A DNA stretch of 64,000 nt from the NCBI GenBank assembly GCA_016873735.1, contig VGWD01000010.1:235-64234 (forward strand), given 5' to 3'. A program made the position numbers and the translations under genes. The notes below the pieces were generated by a model, which saw only the letters and a program-made list of their open reading frames with translations, was not told where the DNA came from and did not search any database. The stretch is from Ignavibacteria bacterium (GTDB lineage Bacteria > Bacteroidota > Ignavibacteria > Kapaibacteriales > UBA961). Of the stretch, positions 29,280 through 39,445 are shown one piece after another. Position 1 is the first letter of the stretch. Each line of letters starts with the position of its first letter.

Positions 29280-29374
29280 CGCAGCAAATTGCCTTTTTCC
29301 AAAGTTATTCACAATGAAATAACGGCATTAACCACTATTTTGGTGGAAGAACATCATATGAGTAATTTGCGGCC

Positions 29375-29545
29375 ATGAGAAACAGAACATTGGCAGCAAA
29401 GACTCTCCTATCGGAGGGCGGTACGATTCGGGGAAATTCCTTCGAATCATGCTTTGCTTTGCGTGATGCTCTTTTGGCTGCCGTATTATACTCTTCCGTT
29501 GTTCCCCTTTGATTCAGTAACTCCTTAGTAGCAAAGAGAGTCTCG
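29375..29545 (+). ncRNA. Candidate structured RNA of unknown class (sRNA or leader of lat)
   Basis: Multi-branch fold: GGCAGC 29392-29397 / GCTGCC 29477-29482 enclosing hairpins 29403-29418, 29421-29452 and 29448-29465; alternative pairing 29400-29407 / 29536-29543; promoter-like TAATTTG at 29363-29369. Confidence 0.4.
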
Positions 29546-29622
29546 TTTAATCGTAGTTTGCGGGTCTATGTATTAGACAATTCAATTCACAATATCCTTA
29601 CTGAGTTTTGAGGAAGATAATC

Positions 29623-30960
29623 ATGTCACATTATACACCTAAATATGCCGTTCAAGCAGAGGAAGTTCTTCAGGAACTTGGCAAATATATCTTGGCAGAT
29701 GGATTTGAAATCATTTTTGATGAAACCGGAAGTCATGGATCATTTTTGAAGGATGCAAAATCAGGTAGAGAGTATTTGGATTTTTTCACTTGTTTTGCCT
29801 CAACGCCGATCGGGATGAATCACCCTAAAATGCTTGATCAAGGATTTATTGATCATTTAGGCAGAATATCTGTTAATAAGCCATCAAATTCAGATTTATA
29901 TTCTGAGGCGATGGCAAGTTTCGTAAAGACATTTTTTACCATTGCCGTTCCAAATGCCTTCAAATACAGTTTCTTCATTGAAGGTGGTGCAATGGCAATT
30001 GAAAATGCATTGAAAATTGCGATGGATTGGAAAGTCAGGAAGAATTTCCTGAAGGGGAATAAAGAAGAAAAAGGACATCAGATCCTTCATTTTAGGCAGG
30101 CATTTCATGGTCGCTCGGGGTATACGATGTCCCTCACGAATACAGACCCCACGAAAACAGCTTTATATCCCAAGTTTCAATGGCCAAGAGTCATGAATCC
30201 CAAGATGATATTTCCTGTTGCATCACATCTGGATGCCATCATCAAAGCCGAGGGAGAGTCAATTGCACAAATCAAGCAAGCATTTCATGATAATAAAGAT
30301 GATATAGCTGCAATTATCATTGAGCCTATTCAAGGAGAAGGTGGAGATAATCATTTTAGACCGGAATTTCTCCAAGAACTTAGGAGATTGGCTGATGAGA
30401 ATGAAGCATTATTGATTTTTGATGAAGTGCAAACGGGCGTTGGGCTTACGGGTTCAATGTGGGTGCATGAACAATTGGGAGTAACTCCCGACATCATGGC
30501 ATTTGGAAAGAAAATGCAAGTATGCGGAGTGGTTGCGACAAATCGCATAGATGACATTCCTGATCATGTATTTAAAGTTTCATCGAGAATCAATTCTACT
30601 TGGGGTGGGAGTTTAACTGACATGGTACGTGCTACGCGCTATCTGGAAATCATTGAAGAGGAAGCACTCATATCAAATGTTCAAACAGTTGGTGGCACTT
30701 TGTTAAACGCGTTGAATGAATGTTCCGTTGAATTTTCTTCCATCATGAGCAATGCCAGAGGTAGAGGATTGTTTTGCGCCTTTGACTTGAAAGATGCAGA
30801 AACAAGAAATAAGTTCAGATCACATTGTATGGATGCAGGTTTGATTATTCTTGGTTGTGGCGATCACTCGGTGCGTTTTAGACCTCCTCTGAGTTTGTCT
30901 CATGATGAATTGCAACAAGGGTTGACAATCATTCATGATTCGATTAAAAAATTAGCATAA
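29623..30960 (+). CDS. lat: L-lysine 6-transaminase (class III aminotransferase)
   Basis: YLDFFTCFAS, GGAMAIENALK, AFHGRSGY, EPIQGEGGD, FDEVQTG, FGKKMQVCG, RINSTWGG; GAGG RBS at 29610. Confidence 0.92.
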   Translation: MSHYTPKYAVQAEEVLQELGKYILADGFEIIFDETGSHGSFLKDAKSGREYLDFFTCFASTPIGMNHPKMLDQGFIDHLGRISVNKPSNSDLYSEAMASFVKTFFTIAVPNAFKYSFFIEGGAMAIENALKIAMDWKVRKNFLKGNKEEKGHQILHFRQAFHGRSGYTMSLTNTDPTKTALYPKFQWPRVMNPKMIFPVASHLDAIIKAEGESIAQIKQAFHDNKDDIAAIIIEPIQGEGGDNHFRPEFLQELRRLADENEALLIFDEVQTGVGLTGSMWVHEQLGVTPDIMAFGKKMQVCGVVATNRIDDIPDHVFKVSSRINSTWGGSLTDMVRATRYLEIIEEEALISNVQTVGGTLLNALNECSVEFSSIMSNARGRGLFCAFDLKDAETRNKFRSHCMDAGLIILGCGDHSVRFRPPLSLSHDELQQGLTIIHDSIKKLA

Positions 30961-30992
30961 AAAAACGGTCGCCATTCTTGATGACCGTTTTT
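30959..30992. terminator. Bidirectional terminator
   Basis: AAAAACGGTCG / TGACCGTTTTT stem between convergent lat and rseP. Confidence 0.88.
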
Positions 30993-30994
30993 AA

Positions 30995-32377
30995 TTATTT
31001 GAAGAGATCATTGATGGTAATCAAAAGAAACAGAATCAGCAATAATGCAACTCCGATTTGCTGTACCATCATTTTAATTTTGATTGGAACTTCTCTCCCC
31101 ATTATTCCTTCGATGATGATGAATACCAGATGTCCACCATCCAAAGCGGGAAGTGGAAGAATATTGATGACAGCTATTGAAACGGATAGGGATGCGATGA
31201 GCAACAGAAAACTAGTCCAACCTTGCTCTGCTTGTTTGCCGGCTATTTTTGCGATTTTTATCGGACCGCCAATACTATCAGACACAGACATCGTGCCTTG
31301 AAAGATACCGGCGATTGTTTTGAAAAACAATGTAACATTCATCACAGTTTGATCAAGGCCTAAGCCGGCTGATTCAGTCAATGAATAGTCAATATGTGTT
31401 GTTGGGCCGGAGTACTCTTGAGTGGTCTGCACTCCAATGCGATGTCTGTTAACGGAGCCATCGTATTTCGGAATTATAGTATCACTTAACTCTTTGGAAC
31501 CATGTTTCCATGCCACTGCCAAGGGTTTGTCTTTGTTCCATTGAACAAGATTCACAAAATCTTCCACGCCATACATTGCTTTGCCATTGATCGAGAGAAT
31601 TGTATCTCCCGTCTTAATGCCGGCTTTCTCTGCGGGAGACATAGATTCAATTCCGGCAATCACAACGCGTATGCCTTGCGGAATGATGCCCAATCCCTTC
31701 TTTTGAGTCATTGCATCTACTAGCGATGTTCCATCAGCGTACAATGTCACTTTCTGATCTGCTCTTTGCACAATGATAGTTCTGTTTTCTCCAAAGTTGT
31801 CAATAGTCAATGCTTTTGTTACATCTTCCCATGACTGCATCGATGCGCCATTGATGCTTAATATTTTGTCACCGATTTGCATTCCGGATTGTTGAAGGAT
31901 GGATCCTTTTTGCACAGATGCAATGGTTGTGATTGTACTAACATCCTTACCTTCGGAAAAATTAACTCCGGAATAAATCAAAAAAGACAAAATGAAATTG
32001 AAAATGACTCCTGCGCTTAAAACAGCAGCTTTTTTCCATGTACTCTTTGATCGAAATTCATATGGCTTGGGTTCGCTTTGCATTTGGTCTTTGTCGAAAC
32101 TTTCATCGATCATGCCTGAAATTTTTACATAACCACCCAATGGCAATAGACAGAATCGATAATCAGTATGATCTCCTCCATCCCAATCTTCCGGCAAATC
32201 ACCGAATGTAAATCCTGTGAGTTTATTCCAACCGAACAATCGCATGCCCATGCCAATAGCAAAAATTTCGGCACGCATTCCGGTTGCTCTTGCAATCAAA
32301 AAATGTCCCAATTCATGAATGGTCACAATGATTAAAATGACCTTCGCGAATTGTATCAATAAATTGAGAGATTCCAT
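30995..32377 (-). CDS. rseP: RIP metalloprotease RseP
   Basis: HELGH, two PDZ domains, NILPLPALDGGH. Confidence 0.95.
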   Translation of the reverse strand: MESLNLLIQFAKVILIIVTIHELGHFLIARATGMRAEIFAIGMGMRLFGWNKLTGFTFGDLPEDWDGGDHTDYRFCLLPLGGYVKISGMIDESFDKDQMQSEPKPYEFRSKSTWKKAAVLSAGVIFNFILSFLIYSGVNFSEGKDVSTITTIASVQKGSILQQSGMQIGDKILSINGASMQSWEDVTKALTIDNFGENRTIIVQRADQKVTLYADGTSLVDAMTQKKGLGIIPQGIRVVIAGIESMSPAEKAGIKTGDTILSINGKAMYGVEDFVNLVQWNKDKPLAVAWKHGSKELSDTIIPKYDGSVNRHRIGVQTTQEYSGPTTHIDYSLTESAGLGLDQTVMNVTLFFKTIAGIFQGTMSVSDSIGGPIKIAKIAGKQAEQGWTSFLLLIASLSVSIAVINILPLPALDGGHLVFIIIEGIMGREVPIKIKMMVQQIGVALLLILFLLITINDLFK

Positions 32378-32448
32378 GTATAATCCTATATGCGTCTGTG
32401 AATGCTGCCTAAAGACGCTCAGTGAATGAGTTCAGTGCAATGTGCTCA

Positions 32449-33456
32449 TCAACGCAATGCCAAAGCAAAGTTGATGATGTCTTGTGGTATTCCTTCATGA
32501 TTGGTCTTATTATCATCCGCCGCTAAATGCAATGGGATGGGTTCAGGTGAATGACCTGTATAAAATGCCGTATAAAAACCACTGTCAACATGATCATATG
32601 CATCTTTAACCATGCGATATGCAACCCAACTTGCACGAATGATGTCGGACACCGCTGCTTTTCCGCCCCTTTGGAAATAGCTCATGTCCACCGTGCGAAT
32701 TTCATGAATAACATTTCTTTTCTTGAATATATCTTCAAGTGTTTTTCTTATGGTATGCAATTCTTGATCATAACCTTCTGCTACAATGATTCTTGTATCG
32801 CGATCACGTTCTTCGATCATTGTTGCAAGATATTCATAGTCAACATTTTCTCCAGGACAAACAACATATTCAGCTCCGGCGGCAATACCTGAATAAAATG
32901 CCAAATATGCAGAATCTCTGCCCATTGATTTTATAAGATATACTCTGCGATGAGAAGATGCGGTGTCTTTGATCCACTCGAGCATTTCATGGCTTTTATC
33001 CAATGCGCTGTAAAATCCAATTGATGAACCATGCTCATTGCATACATCATTATCGATTGAACCGGGTGCGCATAAAATTTTTGTTTTGATATTCTCTGCC
33101 TTGATCATCGTATTGATGGAATGAGCGGCCTTTATGCTACCATTACCACCGCATACAAAGAGATAATCGATGCGATTGTCATGTAAATTTCTTGCGGCTG
33201 TTTCTTGCAATATAGGATCGGTGGCCAATTCAGGAACACGCACTGTTCCGAGAATGGTGCCACCAGCGGATGCAATTCCTGCAACTGAGCCCTTGTCGAG
33301 ATTTCGGAAATCATTGTCTATCAATCCCTTCCAGCCATCGAGAACGCCCCAGACTGATGTTTCAGGTCGCATATTGAGCGTGGAGCGAACAATTGCACGA
33401 ATGAAAGCATTCATTCCTGAACTATCTCCACCCCCTGTAAGGACTGCAAAATTCAT
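32449..33456 (-). CDS. pfkA: 6-phosphofructokinase
   Basis: LTGGGDSSGMNA, GGTILGT, GGNGS, GSIDND, MGR, QRGG. Confidence 0.9.
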   Translation of the reverse strand: MNFAVLTGGGDSSGMNAFIRAIVRSTLNMRPETSVWGVLDGWKGLIDNDFRNLDKGSVAGIASAGGTILGTVRVPELATDPILQETAARNLHDNRIDYLFVCGGNGSIKAAHSINTMIKAENIKTKILCAPGSIDNDVCNEHGSSIGFYSALDKSHEMLEWIKDTASSHRRVYLIKSMGRDSAYLAFYSGIAAGAEYVVCPGENVDYEYLATMIEERDRDTRIIVAEGYDQELHTIRKTLEDIFKKRNVIHEIRTVDMSYFQRGGKAAVSDIIRASWVAYRMVKDAYDHVDSGFYTAFYTGHSPEPIPLHLAADDNKTNHEGIPQDIINFALALR

Positions 33457-33478
33457 GATTCAATTCCTCTAAAGATGT

Positions 33479-34264
33479 TCATCGCCCGAGAAATTCGGGA
33501 GCTCTTTTTTCGATGAATGCTTTTACGCCCTCGGCATAGTCATGGGATTCTCCCGCCAATTGCTGATACTCAGCTTCAAGTTCGAGCATATGCTCAAGTG
33601 TTGTGGACTGGGCATTCTGCAATAACAATTTTACATATCCATAACTTTGCGTAGGACCTTCAGCATATTTCTTGGCCATTGCATTCAATCCTTCTTGGAA
33701 GGCGCCGGGATGCAATACCTGATTGACCAATTCCAATGACAATGCTTCATCAGCAGCGATTGGTTTATTCAGAGTTGCGAACTCAAATGCCTTTGCATAA
33801 CCAAACATTTTAGTGTAGAAAAATGTAGCACCTGAATCAGGTATAAGGGCTATGCCGATAAATGCTTCAACCAATTTTGCAGATGCGCTCATCACTCGAA
33901 TATCACAAGCAAGTGCAAGTGAAAGACCAGCTCCGGCTGCAACACCATTTATTCCTGCGATAACCGGTTTTGGAAGAGTGGTAATCAAACGAATGATTGG
34001 ATTATATCTGCGTTCAAGTGAATCCCTAAGAGAGCGCTTTCCACCACCTGATGGAGCATCTTTCAAATCTTGACCTGAACAAAATGCTTTGCCTGCACCG
34101 GTAAGAACAACACAACGTACCTCATCGGTGTCATGTGCATATTGGAGAGCTGTTTGCAATTCGGTGGTCAGTTGTTCATTGCAAGCATTATATGAATTAG
34201 GTCTATTCAACGTGATGGTGAATATTCCTGCATTCAAAGATGTGAGTATTGATTCGAATGTCAT
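33479..34264 (-). CDS. paaG: Enoyl-CoA hydratase/isomerase, PaaG-like
   Basis: AFCSGQDL, YNPIIR, NGVAAGAG, IALIPDSG, DYAEGVKAFIEKRAPEF. Confidence 0.8.
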   Translation of the reverse strand: MTFESILTSLNAGIFTITLNRPNSYNACNEQLTTELQTALQYAHDTDEVRCVVLTGAGKAFCSGQDLKDAPSGGGKRSLRDSLERRYNPIIRLITTLPKPVIAGINGVAAGAGLSLALACDIRVMSASAKLVEAFIGIALIPDSGATFFYTKMFGYAKAFEFATLNKPIAADEALSLELVNQVLHPGAFQEGLNAMAKKYAEGPTQSYGYVKLLLQNAQSTTLEHMLELEAEYQQLAGESHDYAEGVKAFIEKRAPEFLGR

Positions 34265-34275
34265 GAGTGCATCCT

Positions 34276-35418
34276 TTACGTTGCGGAGACTGTTTGCTCG
34301 GCAGACATCATTTCTATAAATTGCTTGAAAAGATAATCTGAATCATGTGGTCCGGGAGCGGCTTCAGGATGATATTGTACGGAAAACACAGGCAATTCTC
34401 GATGTCTGATGCCGGATAAGGTGTTATCATTCAAATTGATATGCGTCGCCTCAAGTTCGGCAGGCAATCCTTGTTGATCAACCGCAAAACCATGATTTTG
34501 AGACGTGATTTCTATATCACCTGTCAAGAGATTCTTCACGGGGTGATTTGCTCCACGGTGGCCAAATCTAAGCTTATAGGTTTTTGCTCCAAATACCAAG
34601 CCAAGCAATTGATGGCCAAGACAAATCCCGAATGTAGGTATCCCGTTTTTCACCAAAAGAGAGATTGTCTCAATTGCATGCACTGCAGCCGCGGGATCTC
34701 CGGGACCATTGCTGAGAAATATGCCTTCTGGATTGATGGCAAGGATTTCTTCGGCCTTTGCATGGGCAGGAAAAACAGTTACATGGCAGCCATACTGGGC
34801 CAATCTGCGAAGGATATTATGCTTGATCCCATAATCAATGGCAGCAATACGAAATACTCTATTCTTGGGAATAAGTGGATCTTGAATCAATTCCTCTGCT
34901 TGAGGTTCGAAAACATACGAAGCATTGCATGTGACGCCAAGAGTAAGATCCAAGCCCTCCATGGAAGGTATTGACCGAGCTTCTTCAATGAGTGTTTTGG
35001 GAACTTTGTCCTGAGCGGAAATGATACCACGCATAACGCCCTCACTTCTGAGAATACGCACCAATTGTCGTGTATCAAGTCCTTGAATCCCAATTCTTCC
35101 TTGTTCTTTCATCAAGTCCTGTAAGGAACCGGTTGCCCTGTAGTTTGAATAAGTCCGGGAGCATTCTTTTACGATAATGCCCTCCACCTTGAGTGAGTCA
35201 GATTCGAAATCAGCAGGATTTACTCCATAATTACCGATATGTGGATAGGTAAATGTCATGATCTGACCTTTGTAGCTTGGGTCAGAAATGACTTCCTGAT
35301 AACCTGTTATCGATGTATTAAAGACCACTTCTCCCTTTGCCTCGGCATTCATGTCTCCGAATGCCCGACCACGGAAGATCATGCCATTTTCCAAGGCTAA
35401 AATTGCATTATTATTCAT
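34276..35418 (-). CDS. carA: Carbamoyl-phosphate synthase small subunit
   Basis: GEVVFNTSITGYQE, LSNGPGDP, FGICLGHQ, SQNHGF, QYHPEAAPGP. Confidence 0.96.
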   Translation of the reverse strand: MNNNAILALENGMIFRGRAFGDMNAEAKGEVVFNTSITGYQEVISDPSYKGQIMTFTYPHIGNYGVNPADFESDSLKVEGIIVKECSRTYSNYRATGSLQDLMKEQGRIGIQGLDTRQLVRILRSEGVMRGIISAQDKVPKTLIEEARSIPSMEGLDLTLGVTCNASYVFEPQAEELIQDPLIPKNRVFRIAAIDYGIKHNILRRLAQYGCHVTVFPAHAKAEEILAINPEGIFLSNGPGDPAAAVHAIETISLLVKNGIPTFGICLGHQLLGLVFGAKTYKLRFGHRGANHPVKNLLTGDIEITSQNHGFAVDQQGLPAELEATHINLNDNTLSGIRHRELPVFSVQYHPEAAPGPHDSDYLFKQFIEMMSAEQTVSAT

Positions 35419-35457
35419 GATATTGATCAATAGTTCTGTAAGAGAAGGATAGTTTGG

Positions 35458-35465
35458 CAAAAATA
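35458..35465 (-). promoter_or_regulatory. Putative -7 element TATTTTTG upstream of carA
   Basis: Exact TAnnTTTG, 40 nt before the ATG. Confidence 0.55.
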
Positions 35466-35716
35466 TGAAAAATCAAGCAGATAAGGGGGCCTTACAATGA
35501 GTATTTTATAAATGGAATAGCATCAATATGGCGGATATAAACCATGTGATTTTTATAGTGCTCTCATGTCTCTGTTACAGGTAAGGGATTATGTAACATA
35601 AACACGTACCTCCGGGTACTTTTTCTTTGTTCAGTCCCTTAATCCCTTGTAATTTGTTTGTATAGGGATGTCATAAACTTAAAATGTCAACCACAATTCA
35701 TATATGGAGAAATCAC

Positions 35717-38596
35717 ATGAGTATTATGAACTCTTTATTGCGCAAGGTCTTGTTCCTTGTGATTTGCATGGGACTTGTCGTACAAGTTTCACATGCACAG
35801 TCCAAAAGACGTGCATACATTGAAAAGTACACCGGTGCATGGTGTCAATATTGTCCGAATGGAGCAGTTTCATTCGATGAATTATCAAAGCAATACACTG
35901 ATGAAGAAGTCATCATGGTTGCTGTTCATCAAAATGACGGAATGTCGATGACCAATCAAGGTGATTTTCAACCCTATATCAATGGGTATCCTAGTGGGTC
36001 GGTTAATCGTATTTACAATGGCGTAGGTCCTCAGACTTGGGCCGGGTATGTTCCGGGAATCATCAGCCAAGATGCGGCAGTCGAAGTGAACTTGAAGAAT
36101 GTTTCATTCAATTCAGGTACTCGTCGAATCACATGCCAATTGGAAGCAAAAATCAATCGCGACATTACCGGACCTGTTCGTGTGAATGTTGTCGTTGTTG
36201 AGGACAGCGTTATCGGATCCGGTTCTGGGTTTGATCAAAAGAATGCATTCAATACACAATCCGGACACCCATTCTATCAAAGAGGAGATCCTGTAAAGAA
36301 TTATCCTCATCGACATGTTGCTCGTTTTATGGCCGATGGTACATGGGGCGCAACCGGCGTCATTCCTGATAATCCAAAGGCAGGAGCTGTCTATACCAAA
36401 AATTATTCTTTCACTGTAAATGCCGCATGGAAACCGGAGCGTATGTCTCTTGTAGGTCTTGTGCAAAAGTATTCCGGCGATGTTACTTCTAGAGAAATTC
36501 TTCAAGCAGTTGAAGAATCTCTTCTTATTCGTTCCACACGCGCAACTTTGGAGCAGACAGAAACTCCATATTTGAAAGTTGCTGCAGGCGGAAAGAAAAC
36601 GCAAGTCATCAAAGTGACAAATGACAATAATTTTGATTTGACCTTTGATCTTGCCGTAAATGATTCAAAATCAACATTACCTACAGATTGGACCGCAAGT
36701 GTAGAGCCGGCAACATTGCAACTTGCAAAAGGCGCATCAGCTGATGTGACTGTCACAATCAATGCTCCTGCTGCAATCGACGTTGCTGAATTGGCAACTG
36801 TTGTAATCGAAGCAACACCACAACCTGTGGAAAATACAAATCCAAAAACTTCAAGCACAAGCGTCTATGCATTGCCTGAAATTGCAAAGGCCGCTGTCAT
36901 TTATGATTTTAATACAAATCAAAATAATGATGCATATGCAAGCGCGATTGGTTCTGAAGCCCGCTTCGGACAAGGTCTTGTGAAGTTACCCAATAATGCA
37001 ACATTGCTTGATGCATATAAGGATCAATTACAAGTGTTTGTCATCAGCGTTTTTGGTGGTGGGCTTCTAAATGGGCAAATCTATAGTGGATTGCCGATTG
37101 GCACAACAACAGATGCAGCTCCATTGGCTAAGACAGTGTCTGATATGCTTGCTGCAGGCAAAAGAGTCTATCTTTCAGCACCGCAATCTATGTGGTGGGC
37201 ATTTGACAAAACAACTGCAACTGCAGCCGGAAAAAGTCAAGATGTCATCAATTTCTTCAGCAATACATTGAAACTTCAATTCCAAAAAACTGAACAACGC
37301 TATACTTTGAGTGGCAATACCGTCTCATTAAAACAATATGGTGTCAAAGGTTTTGACAATGATTCAATTGGCGATCAATTCAATGGTATGTCAAATCAGA
37401 ATTTCACAAGCTATACCTTTTTCACTGATATCTTCAAGCTTGCAACCGGTTCACCATGCGTACCTGTCATTTACTCAGATAATAGCACTGCCAATGTTGT
37501 TGGAGTTCGTTACACGTCACCACAAAGCGGAAAATTGGTTTTCGTTACTCAACCAATCGAAGCATATGACAATCTTGTGCCACGTGAAAACTTCATGACT
37601 AAATCACTTGAATGGCTTGCCGGCGATATTTTTGTAGCGGCAAAAAAACCAGTCTTGACATTGAACACAGAAGTAAAATTCGGTGCTCTTGAGCTAGGTC
37701 AGAAAAAACAAATGAAAACCGAAATCAGCAATACCGGAGATGGCGATTTAAATATTTCAGCGATCGGTGTTAGCGGTTTAAGCGCTTCTGTATTCACAAT
37801 AGTTGGTAAACCAAGTTTGCCATTTACATTGGCTCCCGGTGAGAAGAAGGAAATCACTGTTGAGTTTACACCGAAAGAAGTGAAGTCTTATCTCGCATCC
37901 ATGGACTTCACCTCAAATGATGGTGGAGTGGACAATTCAACATCAGGTATTGATCTTGTTGGAGAAGGTATTCAAACTGTACCGGATAAACCCGCACTTG
38001 CAGGTACTGCTGACCTCAATCTTGGTAAAACTGGTACAACATCAGAAAAAACATTGTCGCTCAATAACAATGTTGATGTGGAAGTAAAGGTTACCGGCGG
38101 CACTATCAGTGGCGCGGACAAAGATGCATTTGCTGTGAACATCAAAGAAACCGTAGTTCCTGCAGGGCAAAAATTCCAAACAAAAGTGACATTCAATCCA
38201 ACACGAGATGGTGTTCATAATGCAGTGTTGACTTTGAATACACTCATTACCTCCACCGGAAAAACAGGAACGTTCATTGTGAATTTGACCGGTGAAAAGC
38301 AATCAGTTTCAGGTGTGAAAGAAGATATGTTGCTCACAAGCTCAGTTCAAATCATGCCTAATCCAACTGCTCATGATGCTCAGATTTCATTCACTGTTGC
38401 AGAACCCACTGCGCTCACAATCACCGTTACTTCATTGAATGGAGAAGTGCTGTACACTGCAAAAACTCGTTCATATGATCCCGGTGTGCATGCATATCAA
38501 TTACCTGTTGCAACTCTTGCTGCCGGTAGATATACAGTAACGCTTCGTTCTCAGAGTGGTGCCACAGTATCTCTTCCATTCAGCATCATCAGATGA
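35717..38596 (+). CDS. Omp28-related protein (WCQYC) with two choice-of-anchor D/ASH-like Ig domains and T9SS CTD
   Basis: YIEKYTGAWCQYCP; KFGALELG..ISNTGDGDLNI..LAPGEKKEITVEFTP repeats; MPNPT..AGRY CTD; GGAG RBS at 35706. Confidence 0.9.
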   Translation: MSIMNSLLRKVLFLVICMGLVVQVSHAQSKRRAYIEKYTGAWCQYCPNGAVSFDELSKQYTDEEVIMVAVHQNDGMSMTNQGDFQPYINGYPSGSVNRIYNGVGPQTWAGYVPGIISQDAAVEVNLKNVSFNSGTRRITCQLEAKINRDITGPVRVNVVVVEDSVIGSGSGFDQKNAFNTQSGHPFYQRGDPVKNYPHRHVARFMADGTWGATGVIPDNPKAGAVYTKNYSFTVNAAWKPERMSLVGLVQKYSGDVTSREILQAVEESLLIRSTRATLEQTETPYLKVAAGGKKTQVIKVTNDNNFDLTFDLAVNDSKSTLPTDWTASVEPATLQLAKGASADVTVTINAPAAIDVAELATVVIEATPQPVENTNPKTSSTSVYALPEIAKAAVIYDFNTNQNNDAYASAIGSEARFGQGLVKLPNNATLLDAYKDQLQVFVISVFGGGLLNGQIYSGLPIGTTTDAAPLAKTVSDMLAAGKRVYLSAPQSMWWAFDKTTATAAGKSQDVINFFSNTLKLQFQKTEQRYTLSGNTVSLKQYGVKGFDNDSIGDQFNGMSNQNFTSYTFFTDIFKLATGSPCVPVIYSDNSTANVVGVRYTSPQSGKLVFVTQPIEAYDNLVPRENFMTKSLEWLAGDIFVAAKKPVLTLNTEVKFGALELGQKKQMKTEISNTGDGDLNISAIGVSGLSASVFTIVGKPSLPFTLAPGEKKEITVEFTPKEVKSYLASMDFTSNDGGVDNSTSGIDLVGEGIQTVPDKPALAGTADLNLGKTGTTSEKTLSLNNNVDVEVKVTGGTISGADKDAFAVNIKETVVPAGQKFQTKVTFNPTRDGVHNAVLTLNTLITSTGKTGTFIVNLTGEKQSVSGVKEDMLLTSSVQIMPNPTAHDAQISFTVAEPTALTITVTSLNGEVLYTAKTRSYDPGVHAYQLPVATLAAGRYTVTLRSQSGATVSLPFSIIR

Positions 38597-38614
38597 TGTA
38601 AAGAATATATGCTC

Positions 38615-38648
38615 AAAGCCCCGACTCATTAGAGCCGGGGCTTTTTTT
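38615..38648. terminator. Bidirectional terminator
   Basis: AAAGCCCCGACTC / GAGCCGGGGCTTT stem plus T run. Confidence 0.88.
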
Positions 38649-39438
38649 ATGTCAATTCTGTAAGCAGAATCATGAGTGCCACTATTGCAATCAGTATTCC
38701 AAAAAGCTTTTTGATCATATCCTGTTGAGTAAAACGCGCAATACGCATTCCCACAAAACTACCGCCTACAGAAAAGAGCAACAATTGCAGAAATACATCA
38801 AGTTGAAATGTAGAATGCAACATCAATACATCGAATCCAAAAGCCGGGATTGCATTGCACGCGATAAGAATCATCGAAGAGCGAATTGCCTGTTGCATGG
38901 TATGACCACCATGCATGAGCAAAATTGGGACAATCAAAAATCCACCTCCAATCCCTGTGCAACCAGTCAATATTCCCAATAACAAACCACTCGAAATCAA
39001 AGAAGGAAATGATGTTGATTGAGATACTGTATCTTGCGAATAATCAAATAACATTCTTCTTGATGCAATAAGCATCAAGAATGTAAGCAATATCATGAAG
39101 AGAGAATCAAGTGTATAGTATTGATTATTGATTGAAAATGCTTGAGGCAATAATGGAAGGATTAGTAGTCGCGTACATATAGTTGCAGATATCGATGCAA
39201 TGCCAAAAGGAAGCAATATTACTTTCAATTGTGAATTGTTACCGGTTGCGGACCTAATTGCTGTAATTAGCGATGTTATTCCCACAATCCCCAGGGAGTA
39301 AGTGATGGCTTCAGATGCAGGTATTCCAAGTGCATAGACCAATACAGGCATTATCAATATGGATCCGCCTGCACCCAATAATCCAATTATCATGCCGATA
39401 AAGGAAGCCGCTATAATGGCTATGGATGCTTCCACCAT
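38647..39438 (-). CDS. Sulfite exporter TauE/SafE family protein
   Basis: GLLGAGGSILIMPVL and GCTGIGGGFLIVPIL repeats, ~8 TMs. Confidence 0.9.
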   Translation of the reverse strand: MVEASIAIIAASFIGMIIGLLGAGGSILIMPVLVYALGIPASEAITYSLGIVGITSLITAIRSATGNNSQLKVILLPFGIASISATICTRLLILPLLPQAFSINNQYYTLDSLFMILLTFLMLIASRRMLFDYSQDTVSQSTSFPSLISSGLLLGILTGCTGIGGGFLIVPILLMHGGHTMQQAIRSSMILIACNAIPAFGFDVLMLHSTFQLDVFLQLLLFSVGGSFVGMRIARFTQQDMIKKLFGILIAIVALMILLTELT

Positions 39439-39445
39439 TCAACCA

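Noticed and set aside
29305-29313. DnaA-box-like 9-mers (TTATTCACA here, TTATCCACT at 48902-48910) as oriC
   Set aside because: Isolated single boxes with no cluster, no DUE and no dnaA neighbourhood
29392-29482. Cloverleaf-like fold as a tRNA, tRNA-Sec or tmRNA
   Set aside because: No TTCGA T-loop in the correct position, no D-loop GG, no 7-nt anticodon loop and no NCCA after the stem on either strand
29375-29545. Known riboswitch or T-box (lysine, SAM-I, FMN, c-di-GMP, c-di-AMP, glycine)
   Set aside because: Only 5-8-nt fragments resemble these consensus motifs (for example AGGGCGGTAC versus T-box AGGGTGGTACC); the required cores are missing. An Rfam scan is needed for a definitive answer
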